From contig DASSSQ010000148.1 in assembly GCA_035708405.1 (NCBI GenBank), positions 1 to 63,726 on the forward strand: 63,726 bases of DNA, in the 5' to 3' direction. The translations under genes and the position numbers were made by a program. Each line of letters opens with the position of its first letter. Position 1 is the first letter of the stretch. The notes below the pieces were generated by a model. That model saw nothing but the letters and a program-made list of their open reading frames with translations. It did not search any database and was not told where the DNA came from. Source of the stretch: Gaiellaceae bacterium. Its GTDB lineage: Bacteria > Actinomycetota > Thermoleophilia > Gaiellales > Gaiellaceae. Shown one piece after another: positions 9,552 through 18,592 of the stretch.

Positions 9552-10493
9552 TCAGAGGATCAGCATGGCGTCGCCGAACGAGTAGAAGCGGTAGCGCTCC
9601 TCGACCGCGAGCCGGTAGAGGCGGCGCGTCTCCTCGACGCCGGCGAACGCCATCACGAGCGCGAGCAGGGTCGAGCGCGGCAGGTGGAAGTTCGTCACGA
9701 GCCGATCGACGCGGCGGAACGCGAAGCCGGGCGTGACGAAGAGCTCGGTGCGGCCGGCGAGCGCGGCGCCGCGGGCGAGCGTCTCGAGCGTGCGCACGGT
9801 CGTCGTGCCGACGGCGACCACGTCCGGCGCGGCGCCGATCCGTTCCCATGCCTCGGGACGCACCTCGTAGCGCTCGCCGTGCAGCCGGTGCTCGGCCAGG
9901 TCGTCGACGGCGAGCGGCCGGAAGGTGTCGAGGCCGACGTGCAGCGTCACGCGCTCGACGTCGAGCCGCGCGAGCAGCTCCGGGGTGAAGTGGAGCCCGG
10001 CGGTCGGCGCCGCCGCCGAGCCCTCCTCGACCGCGTACACGGTCTGGTAGCGCTCCGGGTCGGCGGGCCGCTCGTGGATGTACGGCGGCAGCGGCGCCTC
10101 GCCGTCGGGGCGGCCGTGCAGGCGCAGCCGCCAGCGGCCCTCGCCGAGCGGCTCCAGCAGCTCGACCGGGCCGAGCCGCTCCCCCGCGCGCAGCCTCCGC
10201 GACGGCCGCGCGAGCCCCTCCCACTCCTCGCCTGCGAGCCGCTCGACGAGCAGCACCTCGACCGCGCCGCCGCTCTCGCGGCGCAGGTGCAACCGCGCCG
10301 GCACCACCCGCGTGTCGTTGACGACGACGAGCGCGCCCGCGGGCAGCTCCTCCGGCAGGTCGCGGAAGCGGCGGTGGCGTACCTCGCCGGTCGCGCGGTC
10401 GTAGACGAGCAGCCGCGAGTCGTCCCGGCGAGCCGCCGGCTGCTGCGCGATCAGCTCGTCGGGCAGGTCGTAGTCGAGCTCGAAGGCCTTCAT
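9552..10493 (-). CDS. queA: S-adenosylmethionine:tRNA ribosyltransferase-isomerase
   Basis: 313 aa with MKAFELDYDLPDELIAQQPAARRDDSRLLVY and GTTTVRTLE. It is upstream of tgt on the same strand. Confidence 0.9.
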   Translation of the reverse strand: MKAFELDYDLPDELIAQQPAARRDDSRLLVYDRATGEVRHRRFRDLPEELPAGALVVVNDTRVVPARLHLRRESGGAVEVLLVERLAGEEWEGLARPSRRLRAGERLGPVELLEPLGEGRWRLRLHGRPDGEAPLPPYIHERPADPERYQTVYAVEEGSAAAPTAGLHFTPELLARLDVERVTLHVGLDTFRPLAVDDLAEHRLHGERYEVRPEAWERIGAAPDVVAVGTTTVRTLETLARGAALAGRTELFVTPGFAFRRVDRLVTNFHLPRSTLLALVMAFAGVEETRRLYRLAVEERYRFYSFGDAMLIL

Positions 10494-10532
10494 CGGGTCG
10501 TCCGTCCGGCGGCCACGTTACCGTTCCCCTTC

Positions 10533-10997
10533 GTGGACGAGAGCGCGATCGAGAAGGCGAAGGAGCGGATCGAGGCGGCCGCCGAAGGCCGCGTCGACCC
10601 GGCCGCGGTCGAGGCCGCGCTCGAGCGGGCGCGGATCCAGATCGAGGCGCTCGCGCAGACCGCCGACGAGCTCCAGGGCGCGCTGCCCGAGTCGGTCGGC
10701 GCGGCCGTGCGCGAGGGCGTCCGCGAGGAGGCGCTGCCCGTCGCGCGTCAGCTCGCCGAGGTGCGCGGCCTGATGAACCAGGTGATCCGCCGGCTCGAGC
10801 GGCTCGAGGGCGACGCGCTCGCCGAGCGGCACGCCCGCGTCGACGACCTCGCGGTGCTCGTCGAGCTCGTCGTCTCCGGCTGGCAGGGCGTCGACGAGCG
10901 CCTCGCACGGCTCGAGGAGCGGTTCCAGGCGGCGGGCGGCGGCGCGATCGTCTACCGGATCGAGGAGCGGCGCTCCTCGTCCGGCGATGCCGGCTGA
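10533..10997 (+). CDS. hypothetical coiled-coil protein
   Basis: This is the in-frame GTG start within track ORF 9684..10997, located after the queA start. The sequence VDESAIEKAKERIEAAAEGRVD...LARLEERFQAAGG has non-shadow-like composition. Its 3' end converges with and overlaps the kinase gene by 46 nt. Confidence 0.5.
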   Translation: MDESAIEKAKERIEAAAEGRVDPAAVEAALERARIQIEALAQTADELQGALPESVGAAVREGVREEALPVARQLAEVRGLMNQVIRRLERLEGDALAERHARVDDLAVLVELVVSGWQGVDERLARLEERFQAAGGGAIVYRIEERRSSSGDAG

Positions 10998-12406
10998 GCG
11001 ACCGCCGGCTCGGCGTAGCGCACCTCGGTCGCCGGCAGCACGAGCTCGAAGCGAGAGCCGAAGCCGACTTCGCTCGCGAGCTCGATCCGCCCGCCGAGCG
11101 CGACCGCGAGCTCGCGCGCGATCGCGAGCCCGAGCCCGGTGCCGGCGTCGTCGCGCGACCAGAAGGCGCGGAAGATCCGCTCCTGGTCGGCCCGCGCGAT
11201 CCCCGGCCCCGTGTCCTCGACCGCGACCGCGACCGTGCCGTCGCCGGCGACGAGCTCGACGCCGATCCGGCCGCGGTCGGGCGTCCAGCGGAAGGCGTTC
11301 GCGAGCAGATTCGAGATGATCTGCAGCACCCGATCGCCGTCGGTCTCGATCACCGGCGCCGCCCGCAGCTCGCGGCGATACTCGATCCCGCGCCGCCGCG
11401 CCTCCTCGGCGAAGGCGCCGTAGGCGCGGTCGATGAGCGCCTCCATGTCCACCTCCTCGCGCAGCACGGTGAACCGGTGCGTGTCCAGCTTCGCGAGGTC
11501 GAGCACGTCCTGCACGAGCCGCTCGAGCCGCACCGACTCGCTCTCGACGATCTCGAGCGACTGGTCCTGCAGCTCCGGGTCGTCGATCAGCCCCTCGCGG
11601 ATCGCCGAGACGTGGCCGCGGATCGCGGTCAGCGGCGTGCGCAGCTCGTGCGAGACGCTCATCAGGAAGTTCCGCTCGAGCTGCTCCGCCTCGGCGAGCC
11701 GCGCCGCCATCTCGCGGAAGCGCCCGGCGAGATGGCCGATCTCGTCGCCGCCGCGCACCGCGGGCAGGTCGACCTCGTAGTTGCCGCGCGAGATCGCGTC
11801 GGCGGCGTCGGAGAGCGCGAGCACCGGCCGCGTGATCCGCCGCGAGAGGTACCAGCCGAGCGCGCCGGCGACGAGGATGCCGCCCGCGAACGCGAGCGCG
11901 AGCCGCTCGATCAGCGTCAGCCAGTTGCTGCGGAGCTGCGACTTCGGCGTGCCGACGACGACGGCGCCGAGCGCGATCCGGCCGGCCCGCACCGGCGCGG
12001 CGGCCGCGAGCAGGGCGCCCGTCTCGCCCGGCGGGTCGATCGTCAGCGTCAGCGTCCGTCCCTTGTCGAGCAGCTCGATCTGCTTCGCCTTCAACGGCGG
12101 CAGCGTGTTCAGCGGCTGCGGCTGCCCCGGGAACGGCACGATCCCGACCGCGCGCGGCGCGTAGTAGACGAGATCGCCCGTCGCCTGCGACATCGTCTCG
12201 CCGCGGAAGTTCTCCATCAGGCCGCGGATGCCGATGTCGACGTAGAGCGCCGCGATCCCACGCGCCTCCCGCCGCAGCTGCGTCTCGGTGCGGTTGTGCG
12301 TGTACTGCTGGAAGAGCCGCACCGCGAGCGCGGTCGAGACGAGCCCCGCCAGCACGATCCCCGTCAGGAAGATCGCCGGCAGCTTGAAGCGGAGCGAGCG
12401 ATACAT
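10952..12406 (-). CDS. membrane sensor histidine kinase (TM-sensor-TM, HAMP, HisKA, HATPase_c)
   Basis: 484 aa with the H-box FLMSVSHELRTPLTAIRGH, N-box ISNLLANAFRW, G1 VEDTGPGI and G2 GTGLGLAIAREL. Confidence 0.85.
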   Translation of the reverse strand: MYRSLRFKLPAIFLTGIVLAGLVSTALAVRLFQQYTHNRTETQLRREARGIAALYVDIGIRGLMENFRGETMSQATGDLVYYAPRAVGIVPFPGQPQPLNTLPPLKAKQIELLDKGRTLTLTIDPPGETGALLAAAAPVRAGRIALGAVVVGTPKSQLRSNWLTLIERLALAFAGGILVAGALGWYLSRRITRPVLALSDAADAISRGNYEVDLPAVRGGDEIGHLAGRFREMAARLAEAEQLERNFLMSVSHELRTPLTAIRGHVSAIREGLIDDPELQDQSLEIVESESVRLERLVQDVLDLAKLDTHRFTVLREEVDMEALIDRAYGAFAEEARRRGIEYRRELRAAPVIETDGDRVLQIISNLLANAFRWTPDRGRIGVELVAGDGTVAVAVEDTGPGIARADQERIFRAFWSRDDAGTGLGLAIARELAVALGGRIELASEVGFGSRFELVLPATEVRYAEPAVAQPASPDEERRSSIR

Positions 12407-12425
12407 GCCCGCTCAGCGTATCGGG

Positions 12426-13133
12426 CTAGGCCGCCTGTGTCGGCTCGCGGGCCGGGGAGACCTTGTAGCCGACGCCCCAGACGGTGACGATCGGCGAGGC
12501 GTCGCCGAGCTTGCGGCGGAGCTGGCGGACGTGGACGTCGACGGTGCGCGTGTCGCCGGCGAACGTGTAGCCCCAGACGCGCTCGAGCAGCTGGTCGCGC
12601 GTCAGCACGAGCCCGCGGTGGTCGAGCAGCTCCCAGAGCAGGTCGAACTCCTTCGGCGCGAGCTGGATCTCCTCCTCGCCGACGCGCGCCTCGCGGCGGC
12701 CGGCGTCGATCGTCAGGTCGCCGTGACGGATCACCTCCGCCTCGGGGCGGCGCTTCTCCGGGGTCGCGCGGCGCAGCACGCTCTTGACGCGGGCGACGAG
12801 CTCGCGCGGGTTGAACGGCTTCGTCAGGTAGTCGTCGGCGCCGACCTCGAGCCCGATGATCTTGTCGACGTCCTCGTCGCGGGCGGTCAGCATCAGGATC
12901 GGGACGTCGGAGCGCTGGCGGATCCGCTTGCAGATCTCGATCCCGTCCATGTCCGGCAGCATCAGGTCGAGCACGATCAGGTCCGGCGTCTGCGCGGCGA
13001 CCTGCGCGAGCGCGTCGGCGCCGGTCGCCGCGGCCTTGACCGCGTAGCCCGCGTTCTTCAGGTACAGCGAGACGAACGAGGCGATCGACGCCTCGTCCTC
13101 GACGATCAGCACCGTCTGCTGGCCCGCGGCCAC
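12426..13133 (-). CDS. OmpR/PhoB-family response regulator
   Basis: 235 aa with the receiver VLIVEDEASIA...PDLIVLDLMLPDMDG...LTARDE...YLTKPF and the winged helix LAPKEFDLLWELL...TVDVHVRQLRRKL...TVWGVGYK. Confidence 0.9.
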   Translation of the reverse strand: MAAGQQTVLIVEDEASIASFVSLYLKNAGYAVKAAATGADALAQVAAQTPDLIVLDLMLPDMDGIEICKRIRQRSDVPILMLTARDEDVDKIIGLEVGADDYLTKPFNPRELVARVKSVLRRATPEKRRPEAEVIRHGDLTIDAGRREARVGEEEIQLAPKEFDLLWELLDHRGLVLTRDQLLERVWGYTFAGDTRTVDVHVRQLRRKLGDASPIVTVWGVGYKVSPAREPTQAA

Positions 13134-13136
13134 GCG

Positions 13137-13646
13137 CTAGCCTCCGACGATGCTCGGACCGCCGAACGAGCCCGCGAACGGCAGCGCCGGAACGTCCTGG
13201 AAGGGAGCGCCGTCCAGCGAGAACTGCCCGTCGTTCGAGGTGCCGCTGACAGGGAAGCGGACCCTGCCCTGGCCGACGGCGGCGATGTCGATGCCGCGGC
13301 CGACGAGCGTGATCTTGTAGCTCGAGCCGACGAAGCGGAAGCGCATGTTCGTGCCGCTCCACGTCGTCGTGCTGGGGTCGTTCGGGTCGACCTGCTGGTC
13401 GTCCGCGCCGACGACCTGCGGCCCGTTCGTGTCGAACGGGTTCAGGTCGGTGATCGTCACCGCGCCGCGGTCGACGCGGCCGAGCACGGTGCCGCGCGCG
13501 GTGATCACGATCATCCCGCGCGCGTCCCTGACCGCGAGCGTCCCGTCGGTCCGGTCGCGCGGGCCGGCGACGGCGACGGCAGGGGTCGCCAGCGCGACGA
13601 GCAGGATGAGGAGAAGCCGCTTCACGCCCGACGACAGTATCGACAT
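13137..13646 (-). CDS. secreted hypothetical protein (signal peptide), first gene of the RR-HK operon
   Basis: Starts at an internal ATG of track ORF 13137..13889. MSILSSGVKRLLLILLVALATPAVAVAGP is signal-peptide-like. A GGGGGAAC RBS-like stretch lies upstream. The gap to the response regulator gene is 3 nt. Confidence 0.6.
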   Translation of the reverse strand: MSILSSGVKRLLLILLVALATPAVAVAGPRDRTDGTLAVRDARGMIVITARGTVLGRVDRGAVTITDLNPFDTNGPQVVGADDQQVDPNDPSTTTWSGTNMRFRFVGSSYKITLVGRGIDIAAVGQGRVRFPVSGTSNDGQFSLDGAPFQDVPALPFAGSFGGPSIVGG

Positions 13647-13673
13647 CTCGAATGTTCCCCCAATGAGCGAACC

Positions 13674-13689
13674 GTAAGAAAAGTGTAAG
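13674..13689 (-). promoter_or_regulatory. GTAAG-N6-GTAAG direct repeat with 11-bp periodicity in the divergent promoter region (candidate OmpR-type RR site)
   Basis: Seen in sequence within the only AT-rich patch (CCGTAAGAAAAGTGTAAGTGG) between the divergent starts at 13646 (-) and 13735 (+). Confidence 0.25.
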
Positions 13690-13734
13690 TGGCTCGAGCC
13701 CGCCTGGAAAGCGCCGGCTGGGGGCTCCCGTAGA

Positions 13735-14985
13735 GTGCCTCGCGTGCGCGAGGTCGTCCACTTCGGGACGGTGGTGCTCGTGGTCGCGGGCGGCTTCACG
13801 ATCGCGCTCGCGGCCGCCAAGCTGACCGAGTTCGTGCCGATCCCGGCGCCGGCGGTCTTCCTCGTCGCCGCCGCCGTGGCGAGCGACATCTACCCGCACC
13901 TCGGCACCTACCTCGCCGTGCGCGACGTCGAGCGGCTCGCGGTCGTCGCGCTCGTCGTCATCCTCTTCGCCGGCGGCTTCGACATCGGCCGCCGCCGCTT
14001 CCGGCTCGCGGCGGTGCCGATCGTCTCGCTCGGCGTCCTCGGCACCTTCGCGACCGCCGGCATCGTCGCCGTCTTCGCGCACTGGGCGCTCGGCCTCGGC
14101 TGGATCACGGCCGGCCTGCTCGGCTCGGCGGTCGCGCCGACCGACCCGGCCGTGATGTTCTCGGTGCTCGGCGGCCGCGAGATCGCCGGCCGCACCGGGA
14201 CGATCCTCAAGGGCGAGTCCGGCGCCAACGACCCGGTCGGGATCGCGCTGATGATCGGGATGATCGCGCTCGCGACGCACCCCGGCTCCTCGTTCTGGAT
14301 CGTCGGCCGCGAGTTCGGGATCGAGATGGGAGTCGGGCTCGCGATCGGGCTCGCCGGCGGCCTCGTCGAGTCGTGGCTGCTGCGCGCGATCGAGTTCGAG
14401 AACACCGGCCTGCACACCGTGCGGACGCTCGCCGCCGCCGGCGTCGTCTACGGCGCCGCCTCGGCCGCGCACGGCTCCGGCTTCCTCGCCGTCTTCGTCG
14501 CGGGGCTGATCGTCGGCGACGCGCAGGCGCCGTTCAAGCACGAGATCGAGATCTTCCAGAGCGCGCTCTCGAACGTCGCGGAGATCGTCGTCTTCGTCGC
14601 GCTCGGCGTTACCGTGACGCTCGGCGAGATCCCCGGCGGGCGCTGGGGCGAGGGAATCGTGCTCGCGCTCTTCCTCGCGCTCGTCGCGCGGCCGCTCGCG
14701 GTCGGCGCGCTGCTCCTGCCGGTGCGGCTGCGTCCCGGCGAGCGCGCGTTCGTCGCCTGGGGCGGGCTGAAGGGAGCGGTGCCGATCCTGCTCGCCGCGT
14801 TCGCGCTGCTCGCCGGCGTCCGCGACGGGCAGCGCATCTACGACCTCGTCTTCATCGTCGTCCTCTTCTCGGTGATCGTGCAGGGAGCCTCGATCCCGCT
14901 CGCCGCGGCGCGGCTCGGCGTGCCGATGCGGCGCGTGCGCGCGGGGCAGGAGCAGGAGCCGTGGGAACGAACCGAGAGCGCGTGA
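13735..14985 (+). CDS. cation:proton antiporter (CPA1/NhaP-type Na+ or K+/H+ exchanger)
   Basis: 416 aa with about 12 TM segments and the motifs APTDPAVMF and ESGANDPVGIALM. Confidence 0.8.
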   Translation: MPRVREVVHFGTVVLVVAGGFTIALAAAKLTEFVPIPAPAVFLVAAAVASDIYPHLGTYLAVRDVERLAVVALVVILFAGGFDIGRRRFRLAAVPIVSLGVLGTFATAGIVAVFAHWALGLGWITAGLLGSAVAPTDPAVMFSVLGGREIAGRTGTILKGESGANDPVGIALMIGMIALATHPGSSFWIVGREFGIEMGVGLAIGLAGGLVESWLLRAIEFENTGLHTVRTLAAAGVVYGAASAAHGSGFLAVFVAGLIVGDAQAPFKHEIEIFQSALSNVAEIVVFVALGVTVTLGEIPGGRWGEGIVLALFLALVARPLAVGALLLPVRLRPGERAFVAWGGLKGAVPILLAAFALLAGVRDGQRIYDLVFIVVLFSVIVQGASIPLAAARLGVPMRRVRAGQEQEPWERTESA

Positions 14986-15218
14986 CCGCGGACGCCGTCG
15001 CCTACCGGATGTCGAGCCACATCGACGGCCTCGCCCGCGCGCTCGCGGGCGCGGGCGCGGACGAGGCGGACGCGTCGCGGCTGCTCGAGCTGGCCGCGCT
15101 CGCGGCCATGCACGCGGTCACGCTCGCCGAGGTCGCGGCCGAGCCGCCGGCGCCGGCGCGACGCGTCGCCGAGCCGGCGCCCGTCGCGGCGCCGGTCCAC
15201 CTGCCCGCCGCTGCCTAG
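14982..15218 (+). CDS. small hypothetical protein (78 aa), tentative
   Basis: A GTGA overlap with the antiporter stop. It is the in-frame tail of shadow ORF 14373..15218 (VTADAVAYRMSSHIDGLARALAG...). No recognisable domain. Confidence 0.3.
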   Translation: MTADAVAYRMSSHIDGLARALAGAGADEADASRLLELAALAAMHAVTLAEVAAEPPAPARRVAEPAPVAAPVHLPAAA

Positions 15219-15415
15219 GCGACCTTGCGGACGCTCTGCGCGAGCCCCGTCGCGCGGACGGTCTCGAAGCCGCGCCCGCCGCGGTACCAGCGGAGACGCT
15301 GCGCGTCCTCCTCGCAGAGCTCGCAGACGGCGTGCTCGCGGGCGCGGTCGCCGACGTAGGTGCGGAACCGCTCCCCCGCGAGGAGCGTCCGCCGGCAGAG
15401 CGCGCACATCGCCAC
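15215..15415 (-). CDS. small CxxC-N22-CxxC zinc-ribbon protein
   Basis: 66 aa: MAMCALCRRTLLAGERFRTYVGDRAREHAVCELCEEDAQRLRWYRG. It lies downstream of hbd on the same strand. Confidence 0.45.
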   Translation of the reverse strand: MAMCALCRRTLLAGERFRTYVGDRAREHAVCELCEEDAQRLRWYRGGRGFETVRATGLAQSVRKVA

Positions 15416-15449
15416 GCCCGCAGGCTAGGCGCAGCCCCGGACGTCGTCC

Positions 15450-16307
15450 TCAGCCGTCGTAGCGGTAGAAGCCCTCGCCCGACTTGCGGCCGAGCTTGCC
15501 CGCGTTCGCCATCCGGACGAGCCGCGGCGGCGGCGCCATCCGCGGCTCGCGCAGCTTCGCGTACAGCGCCTCCGAGGCGTGCTCGTGGACGTCGATGCCG
15601 ACGAGGTCGACGAGCGTCGTCGGCCCCATCGGCCAGCCGGCGCCGAACTTCATCGCCTTGTCGAGATCCTCCGTCGAGACGCCGGCCTCGTCGAGGACGC
15701 GGATGCAGTCGTTGAGGAGCGGGATCAGGATCCGGTTGACGACGAAGCCGGGCGTGTCGTTGCAGCGGATCGCCTGCTTGTCGAGCGTCTCGGCGGCGAA
15801 GCGGAAGGCGGTCTCGTACGGCTCGGCGGCCGTGCGCTCGGCACGGACGACCTCGACGAGCGGCATCAGCGGCGCCGGGTTGAAGAAGTGCATGCCGACG
15901 ACCCGCTCCGGGTGCTCGGCGGCAGCGGCGACCTCGGTCACCGAGAGCGCCGAGGTGTTCGTCGCCAGGATCGCGTCGGGCCGCACGACGGTCCCGAGCT
16001 CGCGGAAGAGCTGCTGCTTGACCTCCAGGTTCTCGAACGCGGCCTCGATCACGAGATCGCACCCCGCGAGGTCGGCGAGCTCGGTCGTCGTCGAGAGACG
16101 TGCGACCGCGGCATCGCGCTCGGCCTCGTCGAGCTGGCCCTTCTCGACCTTGCGCGTCAGGAAATGGGCGATCCGCTCGTGTGCGCGCTCGCCGAGCTCC
16201 GCAGCGACCTCGCGGCCGACGGTCTCGACGCCGGCCTCCGCGCAGACCTGGGCGATCCCGGCGCCCATCGTGCCGAGGCCGACGACTCCGACCTTCGCGA
16301 TCTCCAT
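15450..16307 (-). CDS. 3-hydroxybutyryl-CoA / 3-hydroxyacyl-CoA dehydrogenase
   Basis: 285 aa with the Rossmann motif VGVVGLGTMGAGIAQV, plus ATNTSALSVTEVA and HFFNPAPLMPLVEV. Confidence 0.85.
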   Translation of the reverse strand: MEIAKVGVVGLGTMGAGIAQVCAEAGVETVGREVAAELGERAHERIAHFLTRKVEKGQLDEAERDAAVARLSTTTELADLAGCDLVIEAAFENLEVKQQLFRELGTVVRPDAILATNTSALSVTEVAAAAEHPERVVGMHFFNPAPLMPLVEVVRAERTAAEPYETAFRFAAETLDKQAIRCNDTPGFVVNRILIPLLNDCIRVLDEAGVSTEDLDKAMKFGAGWPMGPTTLVDLVGIDVHEHASEALYAKLREPRMAPPPRLVRMANAGKLGRKSGEGFYRYDG

Positions 16308-16316
16308 GCGCCGATC

Positions 16317-17291
16317 CTACGGGAGCCGGCGCGCGAGAGCCCACAGGAAGCTGACGGCGCCGTGGCCGGGCTCCTCGACCGGGGTCTCGCGCGACCACTC
16401 GAGCTCGAGCCCCGCCTCCGCGAGCAGCTCGCGGCTGCGCTCGGGCGGCCAGCTGGAGAAGAACATCGGCGCGCCGAGCCAGCCGGCGACCTCCTCGGTG
16501 CCCGAGATCCCGAAGCTGAGGAGCGCGCGGCCGCCCGGCCGCAGCCAGCCGCGGACCCGCCGGAGCAGCGCGGGCTGGTCGGCGCGCGGCACGTGGCCGA
16601 GCACGAACGCCGAGACGACGGCGTCGAACGACTCCTCCGGCAGCTCGAGCTCGACCGCGTCCGCCAGCAGGAAGCGCGCGCCGGGGACCGCACGGCGCGC
16701 CCGCGCGACCTGCGCCGCCGAGCTGTCCACTCCGGTCACGCGGTGGCCGCGCTCGACGAGCGCCCGCGCGATCGGGAGGCCGTTGCCGCAGCCGAGGTCG
16801 AGCACCTCCGATCCCGGCTCGCGCCCGGCGAGCAGCCGCTCCAGCGTCGCGAGCGCGGGCGAGGCGAACGAGGCCGCCCACTCCGCGTAGGCCGGCGCGA
16901 TCGCGTCGTAGCCCGCGCGTACGACCGCCCGCTCGACCAGCGACCGCGCCCGCGCGAACTGCTCCTCCGAGAGCCGGATGTAGGAGTGGCGCCAGAGCGA
17001 CTGCGGGAAGATCCCCGCCTCCTCGCAGGCGGGCGCGTCGTGCAGGTCGGCGACGGCGACCCGCGGGCGGATCGCGAAGCTCCACTGCCAGCGCTCGCGG
17101 CCGGGGTCGTGCTCGGGATCGGAGACGACCTCGACGACGGCGAAGACGGCCTGCCAGACGGAGGCGTAGGCGATCGCGAGGTCGCCCTTCTGCAGCGACG
17201 GCCGTCGCGAGGCGCCGTGCCGCTCGAGCGTCCAACCCGACGCAGAGAGGGGACTGTCCCCGCGTCCGCGGCAGATCAGCCAGCGTTGCAC
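16317..17291 (-). CDS. EVE/PUA-like N-terminal domain fused to a class I SAM-dependent methyltransferase
   Basis: A GTG at residue 156 of track ORF 16317..17756. The N-terminal half has RWLICRG...GDLAIAYASVWQAVFAVVEVVSDPEHDP...RWQWSFAIRPRVAV...HSYIRLSEEQFARARSLV, an EVE-like pattern. The C-terminal half has VLDLGCGNGLPIARAL...VTGVDSS...FDAVVSAFVLGHV...LRPGG, MTase motifs I-III. Confidence 0.65.
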   Translation of the reverse strand: MQRWLICRGRGDSPLSASGWTLERHGASRRPSLQKGDLAIAYASVWQAVFAVVEVVSDPEHDPGRERWQWSFAIRPRVAVADLHDAPACEEAGIFPQSLWRHSYIRLSEEQFARARSLVERAVVRAGYDAIAPAYAEWAASFASPALATLERLLAGREPGSEVLDLGCGNGLPIARALVERGHRVTGVDSSAAQVARARRAVPGARFLLADAVELELPEESFDAVVSAFVLGHVPRADQPALLRRVRGWLRPGGRALLSFGISGTEEVAGWLGAPMFFSSWPPERSRELLAEAGLELEWSRETPVEEPGHGAVSFLWALARRLP

Positions 17292-18592
17292 CGGATAACC
17301 GCAGCGATGGAGCGGTCGACGTCCGCCTCGGTCGTCGCCCAGCCGGAGACGGAGATGCGCATCGCCTCGATCCCGCGCCAGGTCGTCGCGCCGGCCCAGA
17401 GCGTGCCGTCCGCCTGCACGCGCGCGACGAGCGCGGGGTCGGCGCGGACGAGCACCTGGTTGAGGACGACCTCGTTCAGGATCTCCATCCCGCCGGCGGC
17501 GAGCCCGTCGGCGAAGCGCCGGGCATGCGCGCAGCAGCGGTCGACGAGCCCGGCGACGCCGCTGCGGCCGAGCTGGCGGATCGCGGCGTAGACCGCGAAG
17601 CCGCGGGCGCGGCGCGAGGCCTCCGGCGTCCAGTCCGAGCCGTCGCGGAGCGCGTCCGAGGCGGTCAGGTACGGCGCCCGCATCGACATCGCCGCCCGGT
17701 GCGCCTCCGGCGCGGCGCAGCAGGCGATCCCGCAGTCGTAGGGGACGTTCAGCCACTTGTGCCCGTCCGTCGTCCAGGAATCGGCGCGCTCGTGGCCCGC
17801 GACGAGGTGCCGCAAACGCGGGCTCGCGGCCGCCCAGAGGCCGAAGGCGCCGTCGACGTGCAGCCAGGCGCGGCCGGCGCCCGCGTCGGCGATCCGGTCG
17901 AGCGGGTCGAACGCCCCCGTGTTCACGTTGCCGGCCTGCGCGCAGACGATCGTCGGCCGCTCGTCGAGGAAGATCGACTCCGGCCGCAGGCGCCCCTCGT
18001 CGTCGGCGGGCAGCGCCTCGATCGCCGCCGAGCCGATCCCGAGCAGCCGCAGCGCGCGGTCGATCGTGACGTGGCGCTCCTCGCCGGCGAGGACGCGCAG
18101 CGGCGGCGCGCCCGCGAGGCCGTCGCGGTCGAGATCCCAGCCGGCGCGCGCGAGCACGGCGCGCCGCGCGGCTGCGAGGCAGGTCACGTTCGCCATCTGC
18201 GCGCCGGTGACGAGCGCGAACGAGGCTCCGGCCGGGATCCCGAGCAGCTCCTTCAGCCAGCCGCCGGCGACCTCCTCGACGACCGCGGCCGCGGGCGACA
18301 TCACCGCGAGGCCGGCGTTCTGGTCCCAGCCCGCGGCGAGCATGTCGGCGGCGGCCGCGGCCGGCAGCGCGCCGCCGGTGACGAAGCCGAAGTAGCGGCC
18401 GCCGGCGCTCGCGACGATCCCGTCCGCGCAGTCGGCGGCGAGCTCGTCCACCACCGCGCGCGGCTCGGTCGGCCCCTCCGGCAGCGGCTGCCGCAGCGCC
18501 GCGCCGTCGAACGGCAGCGCGACCGGCCGCTCCGGAAGCGACTCGACGAAGTCGGCCGCGTGCTCGGCGGCCGCGCGGAACACCTCCCTCAA
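17276..18592 (-). CDS. pyridoxal-phosphate-dependent (group II) decarboxylase family protein
   Basis: The C-terminal 438 aa of track ORF 17276..20845. The PLP-lysine motif is SWTTDGHKWLNVPYDCG. It also has VTGAQMANVTCL and HVDGAFGLWA. The candidate start is a TTG in a TTGA overlap with the thiolase stop; the alternative is a GTG at 18583. Confidence 0.8.
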   Translation of the reverse strand: MREVFRAAAEHAADFVESLPERPVALPFDGAALRQPLPEGPTEPRAVVDELAADCADGIVASAGGRYFGFVTGGALPAAAAADMLAAGWDQNAGLAVMSPAAAVVEEVAGGWLKELLGIPAGASFALVTGAQMANVTCLAAARRAVLARAGWDLDRDGLAGAPPLRVLAGEERHVTIDRALRLLGIGSAAIEALPADDEGRLRPESIFLDERPTIVCAQAGNVNTGAFDPLDRIADAGAGRAWLHVDGAFGLWAAASPRLRHLVAGHERADSWTTDGHKWLNVPYDCGIACCAAPEAHRAAMSMRAPYLTASDALRDGSDWTPEASRRARGFAVYAAIRQLGRSGVAGLVDRCCAHARRFADGLAAGGMEILNEVVLNQVLVRADPALVARVQADGTLWAGATTWRGIEAMRISVSGWATTEADVDRSIAAVIRCNAG

